64,000 nt of DNA from a virus (lineage: Duplodnaviria > Caudoviricetes): IMG/VR virus record IMGVR_UViG_2834368228_000004, positions 1 through 64,000 of that record; one strand, given 5' to 3'. The notes beneath the pieces are model-generated. The model was given only the letters and a program-made list of their open reading frames with translations. It searched no databases and was not told where the DNA came from. Positions 61,226 to 64,000 of the stretch are shown in pieces. The translations under genes and the position numbers were made by a program. The number at the start of each line of letters is the position of its first letter. Within the stretch, counting starts at the first letter, position 1.

Positions 61226-61936
61226 TTATAGTATCTTTAGTTGAACTTGATGCTTTCCACTTGTAATAGATGCCTGGTTAATATAAATATCAACCTTATG
61301 TCCTTGGATAGCAGACCCAGTATCATCAGCTCTTCGCTTTTCAGTGCTGCCATCTGGGTATTTAATCATTACCCATGAACCAAGTGGAATAACATCAGGA
61401 TCTACGGCTATTGTCACTCCAGATTCTACCTTCTTTCCACTAGCAGTTACACCATATCCAATGTCTCCTGGATTTTTGCCAGTTGATTGATAGTTAGCAT
61501 CATAATACGTTGCTGTAAAAGTTCTCCACTCTTCATCCTTACTAGTCTCATGGGATAACAGTTGTAGATTACTCTCTTTAGCAGATTTTACTTCTTGTTT
61601 TGCTTCTAAATCACTTTTCAACTTTTTAATATCCTGCTCCAAAGATTGACGCTCTTCTTTTAAACCATCAATCTTTTGTTGCCGCTCTTTCAATGTTGAA
61701 TTTTTATCCTCAATCTCTTGTTCAGCTTCAAGTAATGAACGTTCAACATTTTTCTTTTTTTGCTCTAAATCATTCAGAGCTTCTTGGTAAGACTTGTTCA
61801 TTTCTATGACATTTTCATGTTCCCTTTTTAGCTGTATATGAGCATTTATTAGAGAATAGAGGTGATATGAAGCGACACTAAGCGTAATCAGCGCAATTAC
61901 AGTGACAATAATCGCTTTTCCTTGCAGTTTCTTCAT
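61226..61936 (-). CDS. Membrane-anchored 3D-domain cell-wall protein
   Basis: N-terminal TM helix, coiled coil, TASG, IAVDPDVIPLGS, DTGSAI, VDIY. Confidence 0.9.
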   Translation of the reverse strand: MKKLQGKAIIVTVIALITLSVASYHLYSLINAHIQLKREHENVIEMNKSYQEALNDLEQKKKNVERSLLEAEQEIEDKNSTLKERQQKIDGLKEERQSLEQDIKKLKSDLEAKQEVKSAKESNLQLLSHETSKDEEWRTFTATYYDANYQSTGKNPGDIGYGVTASGKKVESGVTIAVDPDVIPLGSWVMIKYPDGSTEKRRADDTGSAIQGHKVDIYINQASITSGKHQVQLKIL

Positions 61937-62309
61937 AATAGAACTCCTTTTAATCTCCCCTGCATCTGACACTATGTTATCACTTTCCATAGGTTTATGC
62001 AATACATTACATAAAATAAAATGAAATACATTACACTCTTTTTGTTAACAGTAATCTACTATCTCCCAAATCATCTACAATTTCATCTGTCAGTACAGTT
62101 ATTTTTTTAAATTCCTGGTCAAACGATGGTTTACTTTTATACCCTAAAGATAATAACCCTGTTTTAAAATAGTGATAATCTATAGGAGTTATATAAACTA
62201 TCATAGGTAGAATACCTCCTTAAATTAACATAGCCTAATAAGGAATTAAAAACCCTATTAGGCTATGTATATATGTGTAGAAAACAATCTATTATAAAGT
62301 TTCAATCCT

Positions 62310-62771
62310 TTAATTTAAGATATACCATACCCCTGTAAGTGCAGAGTCAAATGGAACTACGAAATCTGTTGTTCTTAATTTTGTAGGATCAAATGTAAAT
62401 GACCTATCTTCATAATCCAAAGCTATTTTCTTCCCTTTTAGGAAAGCATTATGTGCATCTTCGTAAGAAACCATAATATCAGTCTCTTTCTTTTTAAACA
62501 CATCGTTCATTAAGTCTTCTGTCAATTTGATAGGGCTACCGTCAAGTGTCATATAATGAACTTTATCATCCACGACAACCTTTTTAAACTCGAATCCAGT
62601 GTTCTTTCCAATAAAAGTCTCATTAATAACAGGATGATTAACTACATCATAGATTGTATACAAATCTTCTTTCTTATCAACAGTCTCTTCTTCCATTAAA
62701 TTAATACCGATTTGTGACAAAAAATTTATAATACGTTTTTCGTCTGCTAAAGAATTTTCTAATTGAAACAT
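62310..62771 (-). CDS. Hypothetical protein
   Basis: AGGAG RBS; promoter with palindrome upstream. Confidence 0.55.
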   Translation of the reverse strand: MFQLENSLADEKRIINFLSQIGINLMEEETVDKKEDLYTIYDVVNHPVINETFIGKNTGFEFKKVVVDDKVHYMTLDGSPIKLTEDLMNDVFKKKETDIMVSYEDAHNAFLKGKKIALDYEDRSFTFDPTKLRTTDFVVPFDSALTGVWYILN

Positions 62772-62839
62772 TTAAACACTCCTCTATTTTTATGGTAATG
62801 CATTTCATGTGGTATTATAACAGTTTCAAATAATAATGT

Positions 62840-63198
62840 CTATTCTTCATTAGACATAATATAACCTTCTGGTATTGTTACAGGCTCCATTCGATTAACT
62901 AATGCACTTCTTTGCATGCGAGCCATATCTATGATCCAAATTTTATTTCCATTTTTCATAACATCAACGCTTCTTTAGAGTAAGAGTCGGATCTTAACCA
63001 TTGAATAGTGTTGAAATCAAGTTTTTCTGTTTTTGTTTTAGGTATTTTTAATGATGATTTATTTCTTGTATTTGAAGTTTCAATTTTTGGAAGCCAATAA
63101 GACATATTCTCTTTGTTATTCTTTGCTGCAGCATATTCATCTCTTTCCATTTTTTCAAAATCTACTTCTGTAGGAAATTTAAAATTAGGAATACTCAT
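62840..63198 (-). pseudogene. Internally deleted gene, possibly ATP-grasp-like
   Basis: N-terminal NMSYWLPKI...LKIPKT fragment joined out of frame to an SVDVMKNGNKIWIIDMA C-terminal fragment. Confidence 0.5.
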
Positions 63199-63623
63199 TA
63201 TCCTTTTTTAGCTCCTTTTACAACAGGGACAACCTGCTTTTCTTTTTTATCAATTAACATTTCTGTTCGTTCCTTAGATAGCTCTGGAAAGTCCATTTCT
63301 AAATAAGAGCGTAAAGTTTCTAATGTCATATCGCTTTCAGGAACAGGTACTTGGTGTCCAGCATAATAAACAGTGTACTCTGTATCAACCTTATCTTCTG
63401 GCTTAGCTTTCTTTGCATTTGAAGATTTCTTCTTCTTAGGTTCCTCTTTTTTCTCTTCAGGAGCATCAAATAACGAAAACTGACCGTTTTCTTCTACGTT
63501 AACTGATTCCTCATTTGTTTCTGCAGCATTATCATCTTTCTTTTCATCTGAATCTATTTGCTCTAACTGTGTACCAAAAGTTACCTCTTGTTCTTTTTCA
63601 TTTTCAAATTCTAATTGTGACAT
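63198..63623 (-). CDS. Ubiquitin-like protein, PRTRC protein C-like, with acidic N-terminal extension
   Basis: MTLETLRSYLEMDFPELS core and C-terminal KGAKKG. Confidence 0.65.
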   Translation of the reverse strand: MSQLEFENEKEQEVTFGTQLEQIDSDEKKDDNAAETNEESVNVEENGQFSLFDAPEEKKEEPKKKKSSNAKKAKPEDKVDTEYTVYYAGHQVPVPESDMTLETLRSYLEMDFPELSKERTEMLIDKKEKQVVPVVKGAKKG

Positions 63624-63650
63624 ATAAATTCTCCTTTTTTATTGTATTGA

Positions 63651-64000
63651 TTAATTTACTATTAATGAAGTGCTCCAGCCTGCAAATGTTTTACCTGTTT
63701 CTTTTAGCTTGCTATAATCAAATTTTGTATGTTGCGTTTCTTCTAAAATTTGACGTAATGGCTTATTGAACTTATTTGTACTGCCTTGATGATACAAATG
63801 ATCATTAAATGGTTCCGATAACCAAGTCATCGGGTAGGTTTGCAATTGAACAAGGTCCTTTACTTCTTGATTATTGTAATAACATAGTGAACCATTCCCT
63901 TCAAAAACATTTGCATATGGAAAAATATATAAAAGTGATTCATCACGTAAGAAACGATCTTTATAGCAAAACACGTATTTATTAACAATACGATTATTTC
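63651..64000 (-). CDS. Prokaryotic E2 family D / PRTRC protein B-like (5' truncated by window edge)
   Basis: LYIFPYANVFEGNGSLCY...SEPFNDHL. Confidence 0.7.
   Translation of the reverse strand, partial: NNRIVNKYVFCYKDRFLRDESLLYIFPYANVFEGNGSLCYYNNQEVKDLVQLQTYPMTWLSEPFNDHLYHQGSTNKFNKPLRQILEETQHTKFDYSKLKETGKTFAGWSTSLIVN

Overview
AT-rich 64 kb segment of a large Bacillaceae extrachromosomal element (megaplasmid or phage-plasmid; no virion genes in this window). Plus-strand arm, 1-18 kb: ribonucleotide reductase, dCMP deaminase, RusA, a sigma-70-like factor, a RemA homolog, intron-split DnaE, MazG, an amidase, guanylate kinase and a sigma-D-driven csrA-flagellin cassette. Central maintenance hub, 18-24.3 kb: PemK and GNAT type II TA pairs, a tyrosine recombinase with a loxP-like site, a Rep_3 initiator with about 15 iterons and a type I TA locus. 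Minus-strand arm, 24.3-64 kb: small-gene arrays, DnaN, a methylase-like/SNF2 helicase pair, intron-split DnaG, a PcrA-like helicase, intein-containing ThyX, a cluster of structured non-coding modules including an aberrant tRNA-like RNA, a Ycf46-like AAA/DUF1257/DUF2997 cluster, Gam-like, RecA, SSB, a 3D-domain protein and the end of a prokaryotic E2/ubiquitin-like operon. Most notable: the csrA-flagellin cassette plus RemA (possible host motility/biofilm reprogramming), the structured RNA cluster, the loxP-like site and an element-wide 16-bp palindrome. All product calls come from motif recognition by eye, not database searches.
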